Shown here in pieces: positions 1 to 11,964 of a stretch of 64,000 nucleotides of DNA. Below the pieces are notes generated by a model. The model made no database searches, was not told where the DNA came from, and saw only the letters and a program-made list of their open reading frames with translations. Source of the stretch: Octopus sinensis (taxonomy: Eukaryota); contig NC_042998.1 in the NCBI RefSeq assembly GCF_006345805.1, positions 14,074,001 to 14,138,000 on the forward strand. The letters are read 5' to 3'. Numbering within the stretch: position 1 is the stretch's first letter; the number at the start of each line of letters is the position of its first letter. The position numbers and the translations under genes were made by a program.

Positions 1-386
1 GATTACCTTCACCCCATTAGGCAACTGGTACTTAATTCATCGACCACGAAAGGAGGAAAAGCAAAGTCGACCTCGGCAGAATTTGAACTCGGAACATAAA
101 CATCTCGCCTGGCGTGCTAGCGCTTCTTATTTCTTTATTGCCCACAAGGGTCTAAACATAGAGGAGGCAAACAAGGACAGACAAAGGGATTAAGTCGATT
201 ACATGGTACTTAATTTATCGTAACTGGTACTTAATTTATGCGTAACTGGTACTTAATTTATCGACCCCGATATGACGAAAGGCAAAGTCGACCTCGGCAG
301 AATTTGAACTTACAACGTAGCAGCAGACGAAATACCCGCGAAACATCTCGCCTGCCGTGCTAACGTTTCTGCCCGCTCGCTGCTTT
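1..386 (-). mobile_element. Two adjacent SINE family B copies (1-125 partial, 127-386), tRNA-derived head
   Basis: Reverse complement matches the family B unit seen at 57262-57495 and 57717-57945 (GAGCTGGCAGAAACGTTAGCACGCC...GAGGTCGACTTTGCCTTTCATCCTTTCGGGGTCGATAAATTAAGTACCAG). An internal ~21-bp segment (TGGTACTTAATTTAT core) is triplicated near 204-262. Confidence 0.9.
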
Positions 387-612
387 ACTCAGCGAGACTT
401 TACGAAAAGTCTCTCGACACTGAATAGACAGCAAATAATTCTTTGTAAAGAACTAATATGGTATTAGTGCCATCGAAAGTTTTAAGATCTTGTAAAGTTT
501 TCACTATGTAGTAAACTAAATCCTTAAAGACTTCTATATCTAAGAGATGTGGAATTTTGTACATTATATTATTTATATTCGACAGATATTTGTCCTCATC
601 TTGTTTGTTGTT

Positions 613-658
613 AACACAACGTTTCGGCTGATATAACCTCTAGCCTTCTTCAGATGCC
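613..658 (-). ncRNA. Minimal type I hammerhead ribozyme motif (Penelope-like-element type) in a small repeat (~560-720)
   Basis: Minus strand reads GGCAT-CTGAAGA-A-GGCT-agaggttatatc-AGCC-GAAA-C-GTT-GTGTT: CUGANGA and GAAA core, 4-bp stem II, palindromic AACGTT stem III and a wobble-rich stem I. Confidence 0.65.
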
Positions 659-788
659 TTGGGGAAATTTTAAACCTGGGTTCTCTTTCCTAAAGTATTA
701 GACTATTTTCTATAGTCAATAGTCGTTGAATGATTATAAGATTTAAGCTTATCAAATAATAATACTATTATTATTATTTAGAGAATTG

Positions 789-999
789 AAGACAGCGAGT
801 TGGCAGGATTGTTAGCGCGCTGGAGAAAATGCTTAACGGTAATTCGCCCGTTCTGAGCTCAAATTCCGCCTAGGTCGACTTTGCCTTTCATCATTCGGGG
901 TCGATAAATTAAGTACCAGTGGAGTACTGGGGTCAATATAAACGACTAATGCTCTTCCCCAAAATTTCAGTCCTTGTGTCTATATAAGAAAGGATAATG
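789..999 (+). mobile_element. SINE family B (alternative 3' tail) with 10-bp TSD
   Basis: Family B head and body; TAGAGAATTG at 779-788 and 1000-1009. Confidence 0.85.
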
Positions 1000-1039
1000 T
1001 AGAGAATTGTAAAACTTATCAAATATTAATATTTATAGA

Positions 1040-1250
1040 CTTGCAGAAACGTTAGCACGCCAGGCCAAATGCTTAGCGGTATTTTGTATGTCGCTACGCT
1101 ATGAGTTCAATTTCCGCCGAGGTCGTTTTGCCTTTCATCCTTTCGGGTCGATTAATTAAGTACCAGTGAAACACTAGGGTCGCTGTAATCGACTAGTCAC
1201 CTCCTCAAGAATTACAGGCCGTGTGCTTTTAGTAGAAACGATTATTATTT
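1040..1250 (+). mobile_element. SINE family B (alternative 3' tail), 5' clipped
   Basis: GCAGAAACGTTAGCACGCC...CCGCCGAGGTCG...CCTTTCATCCTTTCGGGTCGAT match. Confidence 0.85.
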
Positions 1251-3375
1251 ACAGACTTGTAAAACACGGCACCGCTTCTCGAATCATCGCCTATATCTAT
1301 ATCTGATCTAATACTTGGTTCATTCATTGGACAACAGCTATTGTAGGGAAATGTCGTGAAGTTTTGCAATCGAACGAATCAACCCCAGTTCTTCTTTAGT
1401 ATTTTTTAAATCGGTCTCTTTTTCCAAGTTGCCGTGTCACGTGAACGTAAACAGCCTAACACAGGGTACAAAGACATGCACAAACGAAATCACGAAATGG
1501 GACCGAACGCGGAACCATATAGTTTATATATACATATGCGTGTGCGTGTCTGTTTGCATGTGTATGTATGCATGTATGCATTTATATATGTATGTATGTT
1601 TGTATACGTGTTACTATGTATCTATGTATGTGTGAGCATGTGATTTTGTGTTCCCTGGAGTGTACGATGAAACGAAATAAGTGTAGGTGTTTTGGTTTTG
1701 CGTGTGAAAGTGTATACCTGTATGGACAGGTGTTCATTACTATAAATGAATAATTTTAGGAAAAATCTATAAAATGTTTTTAAAGCAAAACAAGTAAAAT
1801 GTGGAGGAGACCAGAAGTGTCTGTTGAAATGTCTGTGAAAATATCCCGTGGCATTTGATTTCGTAGTTTTAGTGGCTGATTCCAAAACTTACAAATTATA
1901 TCGAAGACGACTTTGATTTCATTACATGCATGATGATAAATCAATTTCAAAAACATAAACTTCGAGTAAACTTATTCTAACTAATGTACTTTGTTATACC
2001 ATTGGTGGTATTCGCCCACTAAGCCCATAATTAAATAAACATCAGTGAAAAATTATAGAAGTATACAAATAAACTCCACCATATGCGTGCGTATGTATGT
2101 GAGTGCATGTATGTATGCGTGCTTATTTTATGAAAAATGTATATGAATGTATTTTTGTACATAAACCTACATAATTTACTGTGCGCCGGTGACAACGTGT
2201 GCACACGAGTGCGTTTCTTCTCTGTCGTTTTACTGTTTTATCATAACATCTACAAAAATTGAAGAAATAATCTGCTTACCGAAAGATAACTGAATATTTA
2301 AGTAATGGCTCTGTATTAGCGTGAGAGCGCAGGAGTGCATATGTGTGTGTGTGTGCGTCTATGCGTGTGTGTGTGTGGTGAATGACACTTAAACGTTGAA
2401 TGAATTATCATCAAGATACCAGGTGGCAGTAATTGAAATAATTAGTTAGCTTGCTCTCCCCCTCACCGCTTCTTGTTATTCTTCTTGTAATAGAAAAACA
2501 ATTTCCCTTTCATGTCTTATCAGCCAATGAATCCGTTTGGCGTCTTTGTTCTCTTCGTATGAATACTGGAAATCGGGTTTTTCTCTTTGGTAAAAACTCA
2601 AAATAATAACATCAACACGAAAGAGTAGAGAACAGATTTCATTTGCTGATGAATCTCTTGACAATCATGGTTCAGTAACTAATTACTTGCAATTACATGC
2701 CTTTCTGTTGGCTTTCCAAGTTACCTCTTCTGTTTCGGAACAGAATTTTCATCTGCAATCAACCTTAATGGATTAACTATGTGCTCCATACTATATGTCC
2801 TAAATATTCTGGACATTATTGATTTATATTTCCTTTCCGCCCACACACTCACAGACAGGCATTCACCCAATATTAATCAGACAAATTGTCGTCAAAGTGG
2901 ATAATACGTCTGTTAGTTTCAGTGTAAATTGTTGTTGGCGGTGATGGTGGTGATGTATTTATTATTGCCGTTGTCATTATTGTTGTGGACTTGCTGAATA
3001 AATGAATCTTGGAAATTTTACTCTGCTTTCTCATGCGCAAAAATGAATTACTTTGGCCAAAACGAAAACTTGATCACGCCAGTTCAAAGTAACTAACATC
3101 AGTCACATCTCCTTTTGAAATTTCTTTGGTTGACCAAGCCGAAGTTTCTGTTTTCTTCCGAGAATGTGTTGTTTCTTTAAATATTTTAATTGGTTTTTTC
3201 ACTGATAATCTGATTAACTACATAACTGGAGCGAACAGAAAACTCTATATTCCAATATCGATATCAAAACCTATTATTCAAAAGCGATTGGGTGGGCGAC
3301 TGCTTGATTATTCTGGTGTCACTTTTTAATTGATACCTAATGTGTTTCTTTATTTTGTCCCAGGCGTGAGAGTGT

Positions 3376-3427
3376 ACGAGGTAGCTGCCGGTTAATCGAA
3401 ACGAGGTAGCTGCCGGTTAATCGAAAC
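3376..3427. repeat. Perfect 25-bp tandem duplication
   Basis: ACGAGGTAGCTGCCGGTTAATCGAA twice (3376-3400, 3401-3425) followed by AC. Confidence 0.95.
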
Positions 3428-4176
3428 TTCTGATTTTTTTCTACTTCCCGAAACCGTCGTAATTTTGCTGTTTCCCTTCATTTAAGCTGCTAACGCCACT
3501 TGGAAAAAGACATAAACGTGGCAATATTCCATTTCCCTAGAAATATATTTCCCAATATCAAGACAAGAGAGCATTTATTAGCACTTAGTTTATCTACGCC
3601 AAAACATACATGTAAGCAAAGGCCCTCCTTTAAATATTTGAAACTAGCAAAATAGGAAACGAAATAAATCGGTTTCCGATACGTTTCTTTGAATCGTAGA
3701 ATTAATAATAATTCTGGCAAGAATTCTGGAGAGGTCACATATAATCCCAAGTATTCGTTGATTGTTTCGTGTGAGATGATAGCTGTGTACGACACCATTT
3801 ATTGGGGACGTGATTTACATAAATCAACGTAAAACATTGAACTGGACACAGAAATGCATTCGATGCATGTCATGTGAAATTCCATGAAACACTTTTCAGG
3901 CTTACATACACGAAACATCATCTCTAGAAATTAGGTGCAGTATATTTACATTTTTATCTTTTCTCTGGATATATCGTCATCTTTCATGTAACAGAGGACG
4001 AGAAACAAAGCGTGAATTTCATAAAATTGCAACAAGCATGCACCGATATTATATTTACGCTTTCGAATTTTCATTAGCGGAGGATCCTTTATGCAGCCAC
4101 TTAAACTGGTAGCAATGACAGCAAAAATATTCGTCATTTACTACAATACATAGTGTTCATAGTCGGTTAAATGTAC

Positions 4177-4580
4177 GCAGGAGTGGCTGTGTGGTAAGTA
4201 GCTTGCTAACCAACCACATGGTTCCGGGTTCAATCCCACTGCGTGGCATCTTGGGCAAGTGTCTTCTGCTATAGCCCCGGGCCGACCAATGCCTTGTGAG
4301 TGGATTTGGTAGACGGAAACTGAAAGAAGCCCGTCGTATATATGTATATATATGTATATGTGTGTATGTGTGTGTGTATGTTTATCCCCCTAGCATTGCT
4401 TGACAACCGATGCTGGTGTGTTTATGTCCCCGTTACTTAGCGGTTCGGCAAAAGAGACCGATAGAATAAGTACTGGGCTTACAAAAGAATAAGTCCCGGG
4501 GTCGAGTTGCTCGATTAAAGGCGGTGCTCCAGCATGGCCGCAGTCAGATGACTGAAAACAAGTAAAGAGTAAAAGAGTAA
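4177..4580 (+). mobile_element. SINE family A, full length, tRNA-derived with internal microsatellite
   Basis: Head GCAGGAGTGGCTGTGTGGTAAG with B-box GGTTCAATCCC; CORE-like CTTGGGCAAGTGTCTT; internal (TA/TG)n at ~4337-4380; tail AAGTAAAGAGTAAAAGAGTA. Many homologous copies elsewhere in the window. Confidence 0.92.
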
Positions 4581-6537
4581 TATATAAGAAGCCAAAATGA
4601 GACTTGATTGTTAGAGCAGCAATTTCGGTATTTCTCGGCCTGTGTTACTAACATCGTAGAAAGTCATTAAATGGAAGTCTCCACACTTTTCTCCTAAGTC
4701 CTAGACAGATATTGTACAAAATTACTGACAGAAAGTCATAAAAGTAACAACATTTCTAAATAAAATGGAAATGCCTATTTAGAAACAAAAATTACACTGA
4801 CAAGAAAATGTTAAAATTACGATGTATAGTTATTTCGATTCTTCGTATCACTAACATGAACACTACATAGTTAAAAACGGACATTACACACAAATGTATA
4901 TATTCTAAATATGACATAATTTTTGAGAAAAAAAAATGCAATAATAGTATGGTAGAACATTCTATAGAACTAAAAAATGTTATTGTCACTCACGGCAATC
5001 CTGCTGTATTCAGAAAACAGTGTGACATGAAGAATGACAATTATAATAAAATGAAAATAATCTGGTCGTTTATACAATGAGGATGATGCTCTACATAAAA
5101 TTTGGTATTCAACATATACAATTTAAAATGACATTCGTAAAGTAACGCGCATTGATATTGCCCATAAAAATAGGTAACTATACAAATAGGCTAACAAAGT
5201 CTTAGCTTGTAATACGAAGCACATTTCATGAAGTAAACAATATGGCACCGAACACGTTGCTCCCTCAGCTACAGTGCTTTTAACATACTCAGAACAGCAT
5301 TATTTTGGACACATCGCTGCATCAAAATCACCTGCATTTGAAATTGTGCAGATAACGAAATGCCTGATGTAGTAACACTGTAACTAGAAACCTGTTAAGT
5401 GCAATGTAATCAATGCCGAGTCATGTGTACTTCACGAAGCAAAATAGCCATCTAACCGCATCAGGTTTTGTTCTGCGTTTAAATACAACAATAACTTAGC
5501 TAACAATTTTCCAACTTTTATTGGATCGCAAAAACAGCTATAGTTGAAATACACTCGTAAAGTCAATGAGGAAAACAGTAAAAAATTTTAAAGGAAATAA
5601 ACACAATGGAGCAATTTCCATTATGAAACACAGAATGTAAGATTTCAAAATTCACCAACATCACAGTCACTTGTATAGACAAGGCAGTATATACATTGAT
5701 AGAAAAAAACAATTACAATGCATCTACATACAACACATCTACATGCCAAAAAAACAACATAAATAATACAACAGTAAATATACAACAGAAGTAGCTAAGC
5801 TCGTAAAAATCTCATAAAAATCTAAAGCATGATATAATAAAACCACACAAAAGTAAAATAAATCTCGGTATCAAACAACTAATTAGGGATATAACAAAGA
5901 CAATGAACATAGAAGTACAGAATACTGGTAAACATTTGTATCCAACATAAATCACTAACCTAACAGCAAAATAGAAAATAGAGTGATTTACAGTAACGGA
6001 AAAAAAAAAATGCAATTGACACATATTACTAAATCGCTTAGGTTCTGCAGCGGTCAGTGTGTTCAAGCGCTTTTACAAGTTTTCCAGGGAACACTATTGA
6101 ATTTTGTGATTCTGAAACAATAGCAAAGTGGAGTAAAATCATACGAACATCGCCTTCCTTGGCAATTCTTGAAAAATACTAGATAGGGAAATCTTTAACA
6201 TCCCAATATCGCCATTATCAACATCCTGCTGGGACATTTTAATCGTTGTGAATAATAGATTAGATGTCTTTGTATAATATGAGATTGGATTACCTAAATC
6301 TGCCTTCCTTTCGCTTAAAAAGTACGGTGTAATTTGTGAAAGACTTGAGTGCTGCTTCCAGACGAACCAGCAATTGCATCAATACTTCCTCGTTGGCTCT
6401 ATACACATCATGCATTCACGTTATTGTTGTTAGTGTTGTGGTTTTTACCGCTTTTGTTTTTGTTCAGGTGCATGCCATCAAAGGTGTGAATAAATGTGCA
6501 CTTAAAGACATTTCAGACATGGTCGACCTGCTTCCAG

Positions 6538-6573
<36 letters not shown>

Positions 6574-6795
6574 CATACATTACGAATACATTTTAAAATT
6601 AATCTTATTTTATTTGGAAGGGTTTAACAACATACGTGAAGAGACAAAACACATATGTGTTTCTGTGTGTCTGCATGTGTGTGAAAACGATGAGGGTATT
6701 CCGAATTTTTTACGTCCGTCAATAATATACCTAACAGTGCTTTTGTCCATCTAGTCCATACGGACATCTGAAGCTAAATAACTCATTATTTTCTG

Positions 6796-7154
6796 TTCTA
6801 ACACAACATTCACATTAAGTTGGAGATAAAGGTTCATTTGTGGCATTAATACTGCTTCCGACGCGATTAATTTTATATGAATAAGCTCACTGGCTAATTG
6901 TGACATCAGTGTCTATTCGGACACTGAACATCTATATATCGTTGACAGAGAGAATGGGCCGCCACTGAAGAGTCCAAGTAGGGAGAAATCGCTCCCGTGG
7001 CAGTAGATTCTCGTCTGTCAACGATATACACAACAATGCTTTTATGCACCATGAGTCCATATAGGAGCTCCAGCTAAGGTAAAAACGCGATATCGTATTC
7101 TAACACATCATTCCCATTAAGCTGGAGATAAAGATTATTTTGTGGTATTAATAC
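6796..7154. repeat. 302-bp-period direct repeat enclosing a long hairpin
   Basis: 57-bp repeats at 6796-6852 and 7098-7154 (7 mismatches); inverted arms 6935-6955 and 7007-7028. Confidence 0.75.
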
Positions 7155-7375
7155 AAATTCTGTCACTATTCATTATTTTTTAATGTTTTTATTTGTGCTT
7201 AAGTGCCGATCGTTATAGTTAATTAGCCAACGACCAGTGCATGCGGTCAAATTCTGTTGGTCCGTTTAGATATGCATATGTAGAAGTTCCAGTTAGTATA
7301 CCGAATCTGTGATTTAAGAATATTTCCACCACACCTGAAACGAAAATAGTACCGAATTCCGTAAGAAGATACATT

Positions 7376-7766
7376 CTCTTTACTCTTTTTACTCTTTTAC
7401 TTGTTTCAGTCATTTGACTGCGGCCATGCTGGAGCACCGCCTTTAGTCGAGCAAATCGACCCCGGGACTTATTCTTTGTAAGCCCAGTACTTATTCTATC
7501 GGTCTCTTTTGCCGAACCGCTAAGTGACGGGAACACACCAGCATCGGCTGTCAAGCAATGCTAGGGGGGGGACAAACACAGACACACAAACACACACACA
7601 TATATATATATACATATATACGACAGGCTTCTTTCAGTTTCCGTCTACCAAATCCACTCACAAGGCATTGGTCGGCCCGGGGCTATAGCAGAAGACACTT
7701 GCCCAAGATGCCACGCAGTGGGACTGAACCAGCAACCATATCGTTGGGTAGCAAGCTACTTACCAC
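7376..7766 (-). mobile_element. SINE family A
   Basis: Reverse complement of the 4177-4580 unit including the internal (CA/TA)n; its head is cut by the adjacent family D copy. Confidence 0.9.
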
Positions 7767-7769
7767 ATT

Positions 7770-8030
7770 TTTTCTTTTATTTTTTGCCGCCCTTTTCAAG
7801 CCTAGCCAGGCTCATGGGCCCGGTTTCCCGGTTTGTATGGCGTATGTGTTCTCCAGCTGCACGGGACGCCTGACCTTCGCAGTGTTACTCATTTTTGCCA
7901 GTTGAGTAGACTGGAACAACGTGAAATGAAGTGTTTTGCTCAAGAACACAGCGCATCGCCGCTCCAGGAATCGAAACCACAATCTTACGATCATAGTGCT
8001 GACACCCTAACCACTAAGGCACGCGCCTCC
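7770..8030 (-). mobile_element. SINE family D (tRNA head, CORE-like body)
   Basis: Minus head TGGAGGCGCGTGCCTTAGTGGTTAGGG...GGTTTCGATTCC, then TGTGTTCTTGAGCAAAACACTT; A-rich tail; homologous to 41443-41898. Confidence 0.85.
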
Positions 8031-8474
8031 ACACATCCTATAATGCATCATTTAATTAATTATATAATGAGCTGAAAGTTTATGTAAGTTATAATGGGTT
8101 CAATCTCTCTCTATGACACTCAACACTAGAATCATACAACCAAATTCTTTTAAAACGAAAATCATGAGGCAAAAATAATGCGTGACAGATTTTAGCTGAA
8201 GCTGGTGTGTTAAACTATGAGAGTATTCTATTCGCTTGCCATACAATGTATTCATTTATAATATCTATTCAATAGGGCACTCAAACATTTCATTAACAGC
8301 AGCATTCGATTCTTGGAAGCATTTCCCAAGGATGTCACGTTTACATCCGTTGCCTATCTACATCTATATGAATACACACATATTTCTACACACACCTAAA
8401 GATATTTATATGTGTGCGTGCGTGTGTGTAAGTATATGTCTGTATTTATGTATATGCACAGAGGCAACATATAT

Positions 8475-8534
<60 letters not shown>

Positions 8535-9279
8535 TTTCTGTGGATAGTGCTTGAGGGTAGTCCAACTATCGAAATATACATAATTCGAAGTTATTCATAA
8601 TTTTTTAGTGTCTCCTATAATGAAAGGCAAAATTAGATACGTTCTGAGAGCGATAATCAAAACATAGACTCCATAAATACAGACAATAAAATATTAAACT
8701 TCGGTTTCCATAATCTCAATGTGTAGTAATGTTAGAAACATAGGTAATACATTGGAATTCCATTTAAATACATGTTAGTTTGATGCAAAAATTAGTAGAT
8801 TGTTAGAAGCTATTTGAAGTTAGCTTATATACTGAAATGGATCAGCTTCATGCAAGCTACCGTGATTTCAAAATGAAATGGTCTATTATGTTTCCACATC
8901 GTGTCAGCCACGAGAAATGTTATACTACGCTTCAAACCATATCAGCTTAAAAATAAAGACTCGGTAAGTCAGTTCTTAATCTAACGCGATTTGTTGGATT
9001 TGCAGCCTTATGTATTTATTGCCATTGTTTTTTTTTTCTGTTTTTGTTTTCGTTTTGGATTTCATTTAATCCAGGCTTGCTGGAATTCGGTTGGATATAT
9101 TATGCAATGTTTAAAGATACAACATTAAATCTGGAATTAATGGCCGGACATAAGTGTCTACTGATCTCCCTCTTCTCTCTCTCTCTTTTTCTACTCACAA
9201 ACACCCACACACACACACGAACGCATACACATACACAGATGCACATTCGTTTATATTTCTTTTATATCTCTTATCTTTC

Positions 9280-9424
9280 ACTCGTCTCACTCATGACACT
9301 GCAGTCATGCTGGCGCACGGCCTTCTCAAGATTTATTTTTAAAACCTGGTACTTATTCTACAGGATGCTTTTGCCGAACCACCAAGTTACTGGTACGTAA
9401 ACAAAGCAACATCGCCTTTCACAT

Positions 9425-9507
<83 letters not shown>

Positions 9508-10089
9508 GTTTGTGTGTTTGTCCCACTAACATTGCTTCACATCCGATGCTGTTGTGTGTATTTCCCCGTAACTTAGCGGTTCGGCAAAAGCACCGATAGA
9601 ATAAGTACCAGGCTTACTAAGAATAAGTCCTAGGGTCGATGTGCTTGACTAAAGGCGGTGCTCCAGCATGGCCACAGTCAAATGACTGAAACAAGTAAAC
9701 GAATAAGACAATATATATATATATATATTCGTATTTTTTGTCTCTTAACTGTTTCAGTCATTAGAATATGCCCATGCTGGTGCACCGCTTTTAGAATCTG
9801 TAGTCGAATGAATCGACCCCTGTACCATGTTTGTCATAGCCTGGGACATATTTTATCGCCAACTTAGGCTGAACTGCTAAGTTACGGAACGTAAACACGC
9901 CAGTACCGGTTGTTAAGCGGTTGTGGTGGACAAAGACCAACATACACACGCATACATATGTACAGACAGACATGCACACATATATATATACACACAAGCA
10001 TATATATATACATATTTATATATATATATATATACGCATATATATATATATATATATACATATATATATACACACATACATATAAATAT

Positions 10090-10171
<82 letters not shown>

Positions 10172-10320
10172 GATGGGCTTCTTTCAGTTACCATCTACCA
10201 AATCCACTCACAAAGCTTTGGTCAGCTCAAGGCTATAACTTCGATGACAGTTACCCAAAGTGCCACGCATCGGGAGTGAACTCGAAACTACATGTTGGAA
10301 AGCAGGCGTCATACCAATGC
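9280..10320. mobile_element. Cluster of family A SINE pieces in alternating orientation around (TA)n/(CA)n arrays
   Basis: 3' half on minus (~9280-9420), (TA)n 9428-9505, 3' half on plus (~9508-9707), near-complete minus copy (~9735-10320). Confidence 0.8.
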
Positions 10321-10733
10321 ATTCATATACATGACTATATAGTTTCTTTTATCTGTATGTATTTATATACATGTTTCTGTTTTATCTTTTTTATAATGGA
10401 GGTTTATATATTTCTTTAACTACTAATGTACAATGTACTCTTACAATTTCTCCCCTTTACTACCACGCTTTTCATTCTCCCCTTTACTTTTTTTCCTTTT
10501 TTTCGCTTTCTTTCTCTTTCCGTCTCTAAATACTTATAAATTACCTCGCCATGTGTCTGACTTCAGATATTAGATCTCTGTAACAGAATGCAATAAAGTG
10601 TTTCCTGAATGATCCATAGCTGTTAGTCATCCATATGCACTTGAATCCAGTGCTTCGTTCCAAATATAGTCAATGTTGAATCGTACTTAGGAACTATTAA
10701 TTTCTACTCCTGTTTATCTTAATGGCCCAAAAT

Positions 10734-10736
<3 letters not shown>

Positions 10737-10765
<29 letters not shown>

Positions 10766-11094
10766 ACACATACACGTGAACCGGACTCCGTCGGTCATGA
10801 GTGACTGTGGGTGCACCTAAGTGATTCCTCTCGAGGATACAGGTCAGGCAGGGCAGAAAGTTGCCTCGCCGACAAACGCACGACCTAGGTTATCCAAGGG
10901 AAAGGCAAAGGGGCCGATACAGCCGGGCACCAGTGACATCAAAATTCATTTCTACAGCCGAGTGAACTGAACCAACGGGAAATAAAGTGTCTTGCTCAAG
11001 AACACACCATGCAGCCCGGTCCTGGAATTGAACTCACAACCTCACGATCGTAAGCTCGACGCTCTAACCACTGAGACATGTGCCTTCACTCACT

Positions 11095-11125
<31 letters not shown>

Positions 11126-11460
11126 ACACATACACGTGAACCGGACTCCGTCGGTCATGAGTGACTGTGGGTGCACCTAAGTGATTCCTCTCGAGGATAC
11201 AGGTCAGACAGGGCAGAAAGTTGCCTCGCCGACAAACGCACGACCTAGTTATCCAAGGGAAAGGCAAAGGGGCCGATACAGCCGGGCACCAGTGACATCA
11301 AAATTCATTTCTACAGCCGAGTGAACTGAACCAACGGGAAATAAAGTGTCTTGCTCAAGAACACACCATGCAGCCCGGTCCTGGAATTGAACTCACAACC
11401 TCACGATCGTAAGCTCGACGCTCTAACCACTGAGACATGTGCCTTCACTCACTCACACAC
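10737..11460 (-). repeat. Tandem duplication, 360-bp period, each unit a family E SINE plus (CA)n
   Basis: GTGAACCGGACTCC at 10776 and 11136; I count only three single-base differences between the units. Minus head AGTGAAGGCACATGTCTCAGTGGTTAGAGCG. Confidence 0.95.
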
Positions 11461-11964
11461 ACACACACACATATTCACACATGCGCGCGCACATATATTG
11501 CAAGTCAACTTGTAACCGGGCACGACCGCGTACTCACTCATTAAGCTCGTGCACGCGTTCCGAGAGTCCAAGTTTTGCTGTACACGAATCTGTTTTAAGT
11601 GGGTAAAATATTGTACATCACTTATCCCCACTTATCTCAGTAATCAGTTATAAAACCAGTGCCACAACAGAGGTGAGACAACAAGTAACTAACAACCCTT
11701 CATTTTTTTTCTTTTTCTTTTGTTATATATACGAATTCACCTTCTAGAGAAAAGTTCTAAAAAGTGCTACGATTATTTCAATTCCTGCTATTTCAAAAGA
11801 CGTAAAAGGCACATCGTTCTGTCACCTACAGATTTTGAAAAACTGATAAAAACGCGAGCTAAAACAAGTGATATATTGACTAATCTCTTAAAGTTTGAAC
11901 GAAGCAACGAAACAAGTTTCTAAATATTTTTCTCATAAACCGCTCGTTATTCAGCAACTATAAT

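Noticed and set aside
4600-6540. SINE-free, strand-biased stretch resembling a minus-strand 3' UTR, with a 41-codon frame near 6290-6415
   Set aside because: Compositional impression only; no linked coding exon or recognisable protein.
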